Source of the DNA: the human T2T-CHM13v2.0 reference genome, Homo sapiens
Direction: 5' to 3' (one strand)
NCBI RefSeq assembly: GCF_009914755.1
Contig: NC_060946.1
Length of the DNA stretch: 64,000 nucleotides
A program made the position numbers and the translations under genes. A model generated the notes under the pieces. That model was not told the DNA's origin. It was given only the letters and a program-made list of their open reading frames with translations, and made no database searches. Positions 12,216 through 25,985 of the stretch are shown here, piece by piece. How positions within the stretch are numbered: the first letter of the stretch is position 1; the number at the start of each line of letters is the position of its first letter.

Positions 12216-13339
12216 ATAGAGGTGCCAGGAAGCTGGCCCAGGATGAGAGATGGAGAGCTGAGATTTTTTCCTTTCAGGTACCACTGCACACACCCATGAG
12301 GAGAGTACATCTCACCCATCAGGCCTGGGAGGGTACGTACAAGGCAGGATGGGCCTGAGAGAGTTCCCCAGCAGCCCCTCCCTGTTGCCTAGATCTAGGT
12401 TATATCAGTCCTGGACGAGGGCAAACAAGAAGGACTTTAACACAAGACACCCAGATCTGATGCCCCCTGTTTCCTTGCCAGGCAGGCAGCTGGTGGTGAG
12501 GAAGGGTTGCCGGTCATCCCTGGGAACTTCACCCAACAGTCAGGATGGTCAGGGTTGGATCGTCTTCCCTCACTTAAGCCCCGCCACCTTCTTTCTCCTG
12601 CGAGGGGCTCGGCCCCCTGCCCCACTGGAGCTCCCCTATCGCCAGAGTATTGGGAAGTTGCCATTGATTAAGATTGTACGGTTTGTGCAGATGGACAAGG
12701 AGTCACCATTGACTGCAAAAGCAGATACAGCAGCAGGGCCCCTGGTGTGCTCTTCTTCTAAACATATGACGCCTTCATCTTCCAGCCAGCACCGGGAAAG
12801 GCATCTTTTTTCCTTGTGTCTGGATTGAGGCCAGGCTGCCCTGCCCTCTCAATCCTGCAGAGTGATGGAAGCATGTCTGCAGAGGGCTGTGTTCCACCTG
12901 CCCCTCACCCACCAAGAGCCTACAGAAAGCTGGCGGTGACTGGGGAGCAGTGGAGGATCCAAAGCTCAGCAAGAAGTCCAGGCTGGATGCCCGCAAAGGC
13001 AGAGTCTCCATTGTCCACTCACAACCATGGCCTCACGCATGATGGGCCCTGCCACATGCCTACCGAATCCCTGTCCTCAAAGGGAAGCACTTTGGGGTGC
13101 AGGGAAAACCAAGTGAACACAAACCATCTGCAGAAGGTACCAGAGCAGCCTGATGGGAGGACAGAGAAGGCACAGGCGGGGGCTCTGGGACAGCAAGGGG
13201 ACGGCCCCTGGAGAGAGCTGCACTGCGGCCAGGTGGGGAGACGTCAGGGCGGGGGCTGCGGAGGCAGAGGAGCTGGAGCTGCACCTGCACCACAAGGCTA
13301 AGGGCAGAAAGTGCAGGCACATGGGGGACAGCATGATCT

Positions 13340-13420
13340 ATTTATCAACTCATTTAAACATTTATTGAGTGCCTACTGTTTGTTAGGGACGGTGCTATAG
13401 CCACTGGAGGAAGAGAAATG
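13340..13420 (-). mobile_element. L2 3' end fragment
   Basis: catttaaacatttattgagtgcctactgtttg. Confidence 0.7.
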
Positions 13421-13569
13421 AAGGAGTCTATTGGGGAAAAAGAAAAAGAATTAACCGCACTTAATTATCCTGCAATGATCATTACAGTGAGAGAAAGGTT
13501 TGCACAAAATGTTCTGGTAATCCAGGGGAGGAAGAGATTGAATCCAGGGGGAAAGACAGGATAGTAGAT

Positions 13570-14300
<731 letters not shown>

Positions 14301-14866
14301 GGTGTTGGTGTTAACCAGCTCTCTTGAAAAAAAAAAGATATGCATATACATCTATATAAGCTTATTATAAATTTTACTATAAAATAATTTCAATCCAATT
14401 CAGAAATAAAGTTGCCCACATCATTGACTAATGGCTGTGGTTCCAACAGGAATGTTGGCAGTTGGCAAGATTGCCTCAGTCTCCCAGGTGATCCCAGCAG
14501 GAGGTGCTCTTAGCAGATTTCTGCATTAAAGTAGACAATTACTGTGGAAGATGTTAAGCTGTGCCCATGATTGCCTCAGCGGTGTACATGACCTCTGACA
14601 TGACCTTCCCCAGTCCTGGGCTTCCACTGGGTTCTGAATTTTCTCAGACTTGAGTAAATTAAACCCTCTTTCTAAAGCAATGGGCTCAGCCTTTAGGGAT
14701 GCATTTCTCTCATCTTGTTTCCTCCTCTTCTCTGGTGGAAATCTTGTAACAGTTAATTTGATCTGCTTCTTAGGCTGATTCTGCCTACCTCACCAACTGC
14801 AGAACCAACACTGAGAGCTGAATCATTAAACTTTTCCCTTCTTTTGGGTCCAAGCTCAAGAGTTGA

Positions 14867-15349
<483 letters not shown>

Positions 15350-15393
15350 TAGACTGATTTCACATAGTTAATATTACTCAGTGGTAATTTAAA

Positions 15394-15441
15394 TCTTTAT
15401 TTTTCATGAAAACAAATTCTTTATTTTTCATGAAAACAAAT
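15394..15441. repeat. Perfect 24-bp tandem duplication
   Basis: tctttatttttcatgaaaacaaat x2. Confidence 0.9.
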
Positions 15442-15738
15442 GCAGATATGAAATGGAGTGGAATGTTCAGGAATTTAAGGTAAATAATATCATTAAGAGC
15501 TCCCATGCCCTAAGAGGCTCCTTTAGGTTGTGTGGCTTAGATCATCTCCCCCATATTACACATTTACTTTTCTTCTGATAGAAGTAGTTTTAGGAAAACA
15601 TCTGAAGCAGTGATAGAGAACAAGCCTAGCAGACAGAACTATGGAGCATGAAACTGCAGAGGCAGGGAGAACCAGGTTGCCAAAGAGGCAGAGAAGTATC
15701 CTCAAATGGCACCGAAGATACTCATCAGGGAAAGGTAG

Positions 15739-16100
15739 TGCCTAGTCCACTTCTGTTGCTATAATATAATACCACAAAACGGGTAATTTATAAATAAGTT
15801 TATGTAGCTCACAGTTCTAGAGGCTGGGAAGTCCAAGAGCATGGTGCTGGCATCTTGCAAGGACCTTCCTGCTACAGTATGACATGGCATGAGGCTCACA
15901 ATGTGAGAAAGCAAGAGGATGAGTGTCAGCTCAAGTCTCTTCCTCTTCTTATAAAGCCACCAGGTCCATGATGGGGACACCACCTTGATGACCTTATCTA
16001 ATTCTAATTGCTTCCCAAAGGCCCCACCTCTAATCAATGTATGATTTAGGGATTAATTTTCTAACACATGAAATTTGGGGGAGACATTCAAGCCATAACA
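15739..16100 (-). mobile_element. MaLR solo LTR (MSTD/MLT1A-like)
   Basis: gctcacagttctagaggctgggaagtccaagagcatgg...cccaaaggccccacctctaa...gacattcaagccataaca; flanks ggtag/gggag. Confidence 0.8.
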
Positions 16101-16275
16101 GGGAGACTCATGGGAGCCCTGGGCTGGGGTGTGGCCTGGCTTGGTCAGGGCTGAGCTTCTGGAAATGGCAGACAAGGTCGCAGACAGTGTTGACATGCAA
16201 AGGGCTTTGCTGCCCCACCATTCACAGTTCTGCTACCATGAGCGTGGGGCTGTTTTCGATTATCAGGTACTCTTT

Positions 16276-16570
16276 ATTTATTTATTTTTTCTGAGACAGA
16301 GTCTCGCTCTGTTGCCCAGGCTGGAGTGTAGTGGCACAATCTCGGCTCACTGCAAGCTCCGCCTCCCTCCTGGGTTCACGCCATTCTCCTGCCTCAGCCT
16401 CCTGAGTAGCTGGGACTACAGGTGCCTGCCACCACGTCCAGCTAATATTTTGTATTTTTTAGTAGAGACGGGGTTTCACCGTGTTAGCCAGATGGTCTCG
16501 ATCTCCTGACCTGGTGATCTGCCTGCCTTGGCCTCCCAAAGTGCTGGGATTACAGGTGTGAGCCACTGCC
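16276..16570 (-). mobile_element. Alu (AluY-like, slightly 5'-truncated)
   Basis: ctgcaagctccgcctcc, ttcacgccattctcc, gtgttagcca; perfect 13-bp TSD tcaggtactcttt at 16263 and 16571. Confidence 0.95.
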
Positions 16571-17299
16571 TCAGGTACTCTTTCCTTCAGAAACAGGCTC
16601 TCTTTTGTTGCACACATTTTTCTCATCACAGAGTAAAGTAAATCAGGAAGCTCTCGGAAGAAAAGAGATGCCCACTGTAGACAAGCTGAGCAGCATTTAG
16701 TCTTCAGAGCCAAGAGAATAAACTGTTAGTCAATGATTTAATTCAACTGCCTTGAATCCTAAACAGTGTTGATGAGGTTACATTACTATTTTGGATTCAG
16801 GCAGAAGGGGCCATACATGGAAATTAAGAGGGGAAAACCAATATTGAGTCAAAATGCTAGGCTCACTTAGGAAACAATTAAATAATATCTAGAGGGAATT
16901 GAATATTAAAGTCAAATGCATTCTAATGGGCTAAGTGGCCTTTTGAGCTTGCTCTCTCCTCAAATCATATATTCATATATTTCCAAGTCTTGCAAGCTCT
17001 GAGGCATTCACACTAGGGACAGCGCATGGTATTTGCAGAATATTAAGGGCATGATGATGTTTCTCAATAGTTCACAAATAATTCAGGAGTTGAGCTGCTT
17101 AAATGGGAGCTGTCGTGCTGCAATGTGGAATGCGGTCTCTGTGTGGTATGCTGGTCTGCAGGCTTTTGCTGAATGCAATGCCAAAGCATCAAAATCTAGA
17201 ACAGGGCAGGAGCCTTGCCAGGAACTGCTTCAAGGCAGGAGCAGACTGAAACTGGAAGAAGGTTGCAGACACATCTTTTGAGGTGCAGAAAGCTGGGGA

Positions 17300-17985
17300 C
17301 AGGACTGGAGGGGCAAAAGCATTTCCTAGCAATCCACAAAGCTGGCAGATTGGTTGAAAATCAGGAAAAGAGATTCCTATGATTTGGAAAGTTGATATCT
17401 GGGCCCCAAGGCACAAGGAGAGTCCTGGAATCTCACTGGTGCTCAGATCACAGGACATGCTAAAGGAGAGGTCCTGATCTCACCCTCAAAATGTTCCAGT
17501 CAAATGATGAACTCAATCTAAAGCCCAGGCCCAACTCAACTACTGAGTGGATGGATTCTCCCCACACCAACTCCCCACACCATGGTCGGGCAGGAGCAGG
17601 GTATGCTTTCTTCTGGAGCTAAACGTTATTTACTTTGGTCTACTTTTTTTTTTTTTTAAACAAACAGTCTCCAGAATAAAATAAATTTGACACGACACAT
17701 GAAGAAGAAATAAGAAAAGGAGACCCACGGTTATGAGGAAAAATGGCCATGAAATGTCTAGAGAGGGCCTGGATGGTGGCATCATCTAATAAATAAGGCC
17801 CTTTAATATGCCTATGGCAGCTATGTTAAAGGACCTTGTAGAGAGGTAGAAACAAGCTGGAAATTTCACCAGATAGATGGAAACTATAGAAACATCCAAA
17901 TGGAAATGACAGAAATGAAAACTGAGATCCAGAATGAAGATTAATTAAATGGGGTCACCAGCAGATTGAGCACAGCTGGACATTG
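17300..17985 (+). mobile_element. Old L1M 5'/ORF1-region remnant
   Basis: gaaatttcaccagatagatggaaactata...caaatggaaat...cagcagattgagcacagctg. Confidence 0.55.
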
Positions 17986-18108
17986 CCTGGTGTGGCCCCA
18001 GGCCATTCTTCACTTGTCAATTCTCCTTGGACTCCTGGGATGGTTGGAGCGTGTCCCGTACATGGCAAATGGATAAGCAACAGAGGACAATGGACAACGC
18101 TTGCTGTC

Positions 18109-18485
18109 TGATATTGTCTGGCCCCATGTCCCTACCCAAATCTCATCTCGAATTGTAATCCTCATAATTCCCACGTGTCGAGGGAGGGACCGGGTAGGAG
18201 GTGATTTGATCATGGGGCTGGTTTTCTGCATGCTGTTCTCGTGATAGTGAGTGAGTTCTCATGAGATCAGTTGGCTTTATGTTTGAAGTTACTCCTTCAC
18301 ATGCCCTTCTCTCTCCTGCTGCCTTGTGAAGAAGGTGCTTGCTTCCCCTTCGTCTTCTGCCATGATTGTAAGTTTCCTGAGGCCTCCCTAGCCATGTGAA
18401 ACTGTGAGTCAATTAAACCTCTTTCCTTTATAAATTGCCCAGTCTTGGGTATTTCTTTATAGAAGCATGAAAATGGACTAATACA
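18109..18485 (+). mobile_element. THE1-family (THE1C/D-like) MaLR solo LTR
   Basis: tgatattgtctgg...cccaaatctcatctcgaattgtaatc...aattaaacctcttt...ggactaataca; 5-bp TSD ctgtc/ttgtc. Confidence 0.9.
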
Positions 18486-18919
18486 TTGTCTCATAGAGTG
18501 TTGAGTATGTGTGGGTCCCCTGTCTCATTCTCACGTGTCATTTCCAAAACAGATCATGAGCCGAACCAAACATGATGGCATGGTGAAATATACTCCTCCC
18601 CTTCGAGTAGGAGGAATTACAAGGTTATGTAGCAAATGGCATGAATTAAAATCCTGTTAAGGAGGGATTGAAGAATTAGTGAAGAATTAGGAATGATAAT
18701 CTAGGCTAAACCCCAAAGAAGGCAGGCCAGTGAATGAACCTGAGTGTTGTAAGACCTTGTGTTGTTCAGGAGGTGGTAAAACTACTAATGTAAGGTTGGT
18801 AGTAATATACCAATTGTTTCTATTATAATATATATTTTAGTCACTAAAATAATAATAAATAGATATGTAACAAACTAATAGCAAAGAAAATGGAATAATA
18901 AAACATACTGAAATAAAAT

Positions 18920-19110
18920 TGTGGGGTGGAGGGAGGGGGGAGGGATAGCATTAGGAGATATACCTAATGCTAAATGACGAGTTAATGGGTGCAGCACACA
19001 AACATGGCACATGTATACATATGTAACAAACCTGCACGTTGTGCACATGTACCCTAAAACTTAAAGTATGATAATAATAAAATAAAAAAGTAGCAAAAAA
19101 TAAAATAAAA
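18920..19110 (+). mobile_element. Young L1PA (L1PA2/3-like) 5'-truncated 3' UTR
   Basis: ggagatatacctaatgctaaatgacgagttaatgggtgcagcacac...cctaaaacttaaagtat plus A-rich tail; TSD tgaaataaaat at 18909 and 19111. Confidence 0.9.
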
Positions 19111-19212
19111 TGAAATAAAATAAACCAAGAAGAGAAGGAAAAAGGAAAAAGCCAGGAACAGATAGAAAGCAAAAGATTAGACTATAGATTTAAACCAACT
19201 ATGTAGTAATTA

Positions 19213-19288
19213 CTAGGTTGAAGCATATGAAATTATCTCTTTTTTGTTTAAAAAATCTAATATTGCAGTTCCACATGGTTCAATCTAA
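19213..19288. mobile_element. MADE2 mariner-type MITE
   Basis: Inverted termini taggttgaagcatatgaaatt / gttccacatggttcaatcta, about 76 bp. Confidence 0.7.
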
Positions 19289-20410
19289 TGCACTAAATGA
19301 AAATTAACTACATACTCCAAATAAGAAGCAAAGATGATCACATAGGATTCAGAAATCTCAGATAACAACAACAGTAGCAAGTAGCAGAAATTAAACTGAA
19401 ATGGAGCAAAGAAAGGTGAAGGTAAAACGATACCAAAAGTACCCCCATGCCATCACTAACTGAAGAAAAGCTTCCACAGTTTAACTAATATCAGACACTG
19501 CGGACTGCAGGTGGTGAGCGATGTTAGAGGAAGAGAGGCATTTCATAACCACCCAAAGGCCAATTCAACAGGTAGATAAAACAATTATCAATAAGAGAGC
19601 AATCCACTTCATATAATATCAAAGTATGTGAACCAAAAAGTTACAGAACTAAGAGACAGACTCATCCACAAGCGCAGACTCTCAGGGGCCGCTGACCCAG
19701 CGTTCCTACTTCTGGATCTGTACTCAACAGAAGTGTGAATACATGCACAGCAGAAGGAGAAAAGAAGCTTTCATTGTAAAAGCCTAGAATTCAGAATGTA
19801 CCCAATGTCCACTAACAGTAGACTGGATACATGAACTGTGGCATATTCATATCATACAATATTATATACGATACAACAAAATATACAGCAACACAAAGAA
19901 CAAAATATGGCTAAACACAACAAACAAATGGACCTTACAAATACAAAGTTGTGTATGCACCATATCATTTACGGAAAGTTCAATGGTATTAACCCTGAGA
20001 GAGTCATGAGGAAGGCTTATGGAAGGACAGTAACATTTAATTTTTTATCATCTGACTCGACACATTTCCCTTTATAAAAAACCAGTGAGCTATAAACTTG
20101 ATTTGTACAGCTTACTTCATTTATGTTCTGATTCAATTAAAAAGCCTACAAAGAAGTTCCATCAGGATTTTTGAATAACCATATCAGACAGGTGATCTGA
20201 CTGCCAGAAGAAAGTGGATGGCGTGAAGTTAAGGTCTTATTCACATGAGCCCATCCTGGATTTCAGCTTCCATAGCAAGCATGCTCTTCAAAGGAATTAA
20301 ATGCAAACCAGCGAGGATGTTTTACAATACCAAGGGTGGAAATCCAACCCAACTCCCCTTCTGTAAAACAAAGCAGTCACTGGGATCGATCATACACTCA
20401 GCATTCAGGA

Positions 20411-20521
20411 GTATCTGGAACCCAGAACGTCAGCACCATAGGAATGCCTTCTCTCCCTCACCCGTCGTATCTGGAACCCAGAACATCAGCACCACCGTGA
20501 TGCCTTCTCTCCCTCACCCGT
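20411..20521. repeat. 56-bp tandem duplication, 2 copies
   Basis: gtatctggaacccagaac...tgccttctctccctcacccgt at 20411 and 20467. Confidence 0.9.
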
Positions 20522-20579
20522 TCCAGGTCTCATCAACAGACCCAGGTGGTAACAGCGCTCCCAGCTCCTCTCTTCTATC

Positions 20580-20893
20580 AGTAGGGATTACTCTTCCTCA
20601 CCCGATGACATCAGGCTTATCAAGACTTGTCTGGCCCATGGAATGTGGCAGCACTGACTCCCTTGGCCTTTGACAGGAGCCTTAGGAGGCACTGACTGGG
20701 CCTGCCTCATTCTCCATCGTCCTGGCTCATGGGTCCTTCAGACAGAGACTCTTCTTTCTGCTAGAATCCCAGGATGAGGAAGCACCTGGAGCAGCGACCC
20801 TGCAGTTGATCTGTAACATAAGAAACAAAGGTTTCCTATCTCAAGCCATTGACACTTGGAGATTGTTTGTTAATGCAATTACAAATTAGCCTG
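20580..20893 (+). mobile_element. Old MLT1-type MaLR LTR; its last bases resume at about 22382-22393
   Basis: ggcccatggaatgtggcag...aagccattgacacttggagattgtttgttaatgca, then actgattgataca after the insertion stack. Confidence 0.6.
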
Positions 20894-20898
20894 TTTTT

Positions 20899-21151
20899 GG
20901 CCAGATGTGGTGGCTCACTCCTGTAATTTTAGCACTCCGGGAGGCTGAGGTGAGCAGATCACTTGAGGTCAGGAGTTCAAGACAAGCCTGGCCAACATGG
21001 TGAAATCCTGTCTTTACTAAAAATACCAAAATTAGCCGGAAATCTCTTGAACCCAAGAGGCAGAGATTGCAGTGAGCTGAGATCATGCCACTGCACTCCA
21101 GCCTGGGCAATAGAGCAAGACTCCATCTCAAAAAAATAAATAAATAAAAAT
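20899..21151 (+). mobile_element. Alu (AluS) with internal deletion in the right arm
   Basis: aaaattagccgg joins directly to aaatctcttgaaccc. Confidence 0.9.
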
Positions 21152-21159
21152 AAAATAGT

Positions 21160-21583
21160 CTGTTCTTTTTGCTTAGGATTGTCTTGGCTATATGGGCTCT
21201 TTTTTGCTTCCATATGAAATTTAAAGTATTCTAATTCTGTGAAGAATGTCAATGGTAGTTTGATGGGAATAGCATTGAATCTATAAATTACTTTGCGCAG
21301 TAGGCCATTTTCATGATATTGATTCTTCCCATCCATGAGGATGGAATGTTTTTCCATTTGTTTGTGTCCTCTCTTATTTCCTTGAGCAGTGGTTTGTAGT
21401 TCCCCTTGAAGAGGTCCTTCACATCTCTTGTAAGTTGGATGCCTAGATATTTTATTCCCTTTGTAGCAATTGCGAATGGGAGTTCACTCATGATTATGCT
21501 CTCTGTTTGTCTGTTGTTGGTGTATAGGAATGTTTGTGATTTTCGCACATTGGTTTTGTACCCTGAGACTTTCCTGAAGTTGC
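21160..21583 (-). mobile_element. L1PA ORF2 fragment (inverted 5' part of a 5'-inverted L1)
   Basis: Minus-strand translations [20 protein letters not shown]...[26 protein letters not shown] and [21 protein letters not shown] match L1 ORF2p. Confidence 0.95.
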
Positions 21584-21787
21584 AGGGAACAACACACACC
21601 AGGGCCTATCGGAGGGTGGGGAGCAAGGGGAGGGAGAGCATTAGGGCAAATATCTAACGCATGTGGGGCTTAAAACCTCAATGACAGGTTCAAAGGTGCA
21701 GCAAACCACCATGGCACATGTATACCTATATAAAACTGCATGTTCTGCACATGTATCCTGGAACTTAAAGTAAAACTTAAAAAAAAA
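21584..21787 (+). mobile_element. L1PA (PA7/PA8-like) 3' UTR and poly(A)
   Basis: gggaacaacacacaccagggcct...gcagcaaaccaccatggcacatgtatacct...ggaacttaaagtaa. Confidence 0.9.
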
Positions 21788-21795
21788 TTAGCCTG

Positions 21796-22051
21796 AACAC
21801 TGCATGTTCTCACTTACAGCTGGGAGCTGGACAGTGAGAACACATGGACATAGGAAGGGGAACGAAACTCACTGGGGCCTGTTGGGGAGGGGCTTGGTGG
21901 GGAGAACATCAGGGAAAAGAGCTAATGCATGCTGGGCTTAATACCTAGGTGATGGGTTGACGGGTGCAGCAAACCACCATGGCACACGTTTACCTGTGTA
22001 ACAAAACTGCAGATCCCGCATATGTATCCTAGGACTTAAAAAATAATAATA
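21796..22051 (+). mobile_element. Second, apparently older L1PA 3' end (PA8A-PA11-like)
   Basis: actgcatgttctcactta...gctaatgcatgctgggcttaatacctaggtgatgggttg. Confidence 0.9.
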
Positions 22052-22367
<316 letters not shown>

Positions 22368-22946
22368 AAATTAGCCTGAACTGATTGATACAACTTGTAC
22401 CACATACAGAGACATGAAGCCTGGAGACTCTGGGATTACATCCTAATAACTCTGCGGCCCGGTGAAATAGGCCTACCTGCCCTGTAAAGTTTATACCATC
22501 CCGGGTCTGTAAGGGCTCATGTGTCCACTTCCAGAACAAACCTCTGGCAAGGATGGATTTCTATAATTACTCTGGGTTAGTAATGTGACAATCTTGAGGT
22601 CAGAGGGAGCAGTCTTCTCTGTAAATTCACAGTTTGAACAAAGCCTTCTGAAAGAGGAGATCATTGTTTTGCTTTGCATGTACAAACAATAAATGTACAC
22701 TGTAGTTATCACATGGAGTTATGTAACCTATTTGGTGGTTATTTATTTTGTGAAATACCAACCAATGGGACAAGATCCCTGGGCATGGTCAGGGAAAAGA
22801 ACCCAGACATCTCATAACCTAAGGGATTTCAAACACTCATAACACTTCTCACTGTGAGTTAGGCTGGTTCTGAGGAGTTTTCTCATTCCACGATGTGCTG
22901 CATAGCATGTGGACCAGCCAACTGATCTTTGCCTGTAGTATATACA

Positions 22947-23243
<297 letters not shown>

Positions 23244-23442
23244 TGGCTATACTATTGACCTCAGGACTGCCACCATCCATGGCTACTGAAGAGTTGGATA
23301 ATTTCGTCTACAAAATTGAATACATGTTTGTCCTTGAACCCAGTTGTCTTTATTGTTTATCAATGAATGGTCCCAGGACAAACCCTGCTTTCCAAAACTG
23401 AAATCTGAGATTCACTCTACCCCTCTTGCTACCAGAGCCCAT

Positions 23443-23959
23443 TGCATTAGTTCTCTGTTGCTGCTTTTACAAATTACCCCAAATTTAGTGGAGCAAAACA
23501 ACACAAATTTATTAGCTTATAGCTCTACAGTCAGAGGTCTGATAGAGTCTGAAGCATCATCAGGGCTGCCTGCCTCTCTGGAGACATTCAGGGAAGTCTG
23601 TTTCCTTGCTGTTTCCCGTCTTAGAGGCTGTCCACATTCCTTGGCTTGCAGCATCCACCTCTATCTCCAAAGCCAGCAAGACAGGTTGAATCTTTTTCAC
23701 CGTGCTTTACGGTGACCTTGCTTCTGTTGTCCTTTCTCTCTTGGACTTTCTCCTCTGCCACTCTCCTCTTTTGAGACCCCTGGATTATGTTGCCTCCACC
23801 TCCAGGGAATCCAGGATAATCTGCCTATTTCAGTCAGTTGATTAGCAGCCTTAATTCCTGCAACCTCGGTTCCCGTTTGCCCTGTTATGAAACCGACCCA
23901 TTTGCAGCTTCCAAGGAGTAGGGCGTCGGCCTCCTTGGGGCGTTATTCTGCTGAACACA
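23443..23959 (-). mobile_element. MLT1D-like MaLR LTR
   Basis: acaaattaccccaaatttagtgg...caacacaaatttatt...atccaggataatct...gttattctgc. Confidence 0.8.
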
Positions 23960-24648
23960 CCAAGTGAACACCAACACCTGCCGACCCATCTTCTTAACAT
24001 CCTGGGTCCTGCAGGGGTTCCCACTCACAGCTCCAGTTCCATTCTCCACCCTCCCTACTTTGAGCTGTATGTTTAGGGAACCTCATTTCCAGGTCTGCCT
24101 GGGTCATGGCTCCTTTTAGTCTCAGCAGGTCCTGGTTTGGATAATTAATTAGATGGTTACTCTATCCTGCTGCACGTGCCTGGCCACTTAATAGTTCCCC
24201 AGCCATGGGGAGCCGCCTCACATCTACGGCCTTTCTACTGTTCTGCCCTTCCAGGAGATCTCTGCATTCCAACCCACATCCATGTGGAAATATAACTTAT
24301 CTTTCAAGGGTAAACTGCTGTGTCCCATCTTTTGTGAAATTGTCCTGTTCTGTGGAGGTTTATCTGATCATATCTGCTCTTATGCTGAGCTTGCATCTCA
24401 CATGGCTCTGATACACAGTGTCGAGTACAATGGAACTGTGTTTGTTATTTCTCCTCTCCTGATGCCGAACTTCTTGAAGGCAGAGGTAGCTCAGGTCTAC
24501 AGGCACAAATCAAAGAGCCCTGCACGAGTCAAATCTCAGTAAGCAATGGATGGAGTTGAACTAACTTGGCGTCCACCCTCTTTTATAAAAAATGAAAACC
24601 CTTAGAAAGACCCAGTCTCCTCCCTCCATTGCACATAAAAATCAGTTA

Positions 24649-24949
<301 letters not shown>

Positions 24950-25029
24950 TTACTGTACAGAGATATCACTAAGTACTTATTAGGGTCTTTTTAAGTTTTA
25001 TTCATTAAAAACTATAAGCTGTTAAGTTT

Positions 25030-25985
25030 AGAAGAATTATATATATCTTAAAAATCACTGTTATGTCAACCCAAAGGAATTGATTGACCTAGGCAATGAT
25101 CATCAATGGATACATTCATTAGATGAATGATGGGTGGAGAATTTGACAATGGACAAATTAAATTGCTACCACCTATATTCCCTGATTGTCCCTCAGGATA
25201 GGACAACCATAAAGTGTGTCCCCAGTGTGAAAAGTACTCTTTAGTATCATATTTAAAGTATTCATATTTAAAGTACTCTTTAGTATCATATTTAAAGTAT
25301 TCATATTTAAAGTACTCTTTAGTATCATATTTAAAGTATTCATATTTAAAGTACTCTTTAGTATCATGTTTAAAGTATTTTAAAGATGCTAAAGTATCAT
25401 ATTTAAACTATTCTTGCTCAAAACATTACACCTTAAACTACTCAAGGTTCTACCTTCCATTTACAAAAACATGGGGAATAGAAGATGAACTCAAATGACA
25501 CCACAAGGAACAACCAGACAAATCATCTACGGCTGGAATGTACAGGACAAGTAATATAATGTTGGGAAAAAAGTTAATGCACAAAACAAAAGGGGGCCAG
25601 GGACTTCTGAGCAATAAAGAGACTTAAGAGACTCCACTTGAATCAATGTGTCTACCTTGTTGGATTCTGATTCAAACTGACCGACTGGATAAAGATGTTC
25701 ATGAGTGGGCAGAGAGGCATGACTATGGGCTGGGCATGGGGTACATGTAAGAATTTATTGTTCATTGTGCCAGATGTAATAATGGCATTTTGGTTATAGA
25801 TAAAAACTTCTATTTTTTAGAGCTATACACTGAAGTCTTTAGGAGTGAAATGATACAATATCTGACATTCATCAAAAACAGATGCAAAATGTTATAAATG
25901 AATAGATGAAGCAGTTATGAAAGATAAAACCTCTCTACCTTTAAGCACGTTTGAAATTTTGCACAAACCCCTTTTTAAAAAATAG
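25030..25985 (+). mobile_element. Old L1MC/L1ME 3' region remnant
   Basis: gacctaggcaatgatcatcaatgga...gagctatacactgaagtctttaggagtgaaatgatac. Confidence 0.6.
25231..25380. repeat. 39-bp AT-rich minisatellite, 3 perfect copies plus a partial fourth
   Basis: aaagtactctttagtatcatatttaaagtattcatattt at 25231, 25270, 25309 and (partial) 25348. Confidence 0.95.

Larger units (their letters stand above)
18700..20150 (+). mobile_element. Old L1M (ORF2 and 3') remnants hosting younger insertions
   Basis: A-rich degraded L1-like tracts, e.g. gtacccaatgtccactaacagtagactggatac. Confidence 0.55.

Noticed and set aside
20429-20500. REST/NRSE-like tcagcacc in the 56-bp duplication
   Set aside because: The right half-site GGACAG is absent
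20977-21599. Reverse-transcriptase-like ORFs as a functional gene
   Set aside because: Short, frameshifted L1 ORF2 fragment fused to Alu sequence
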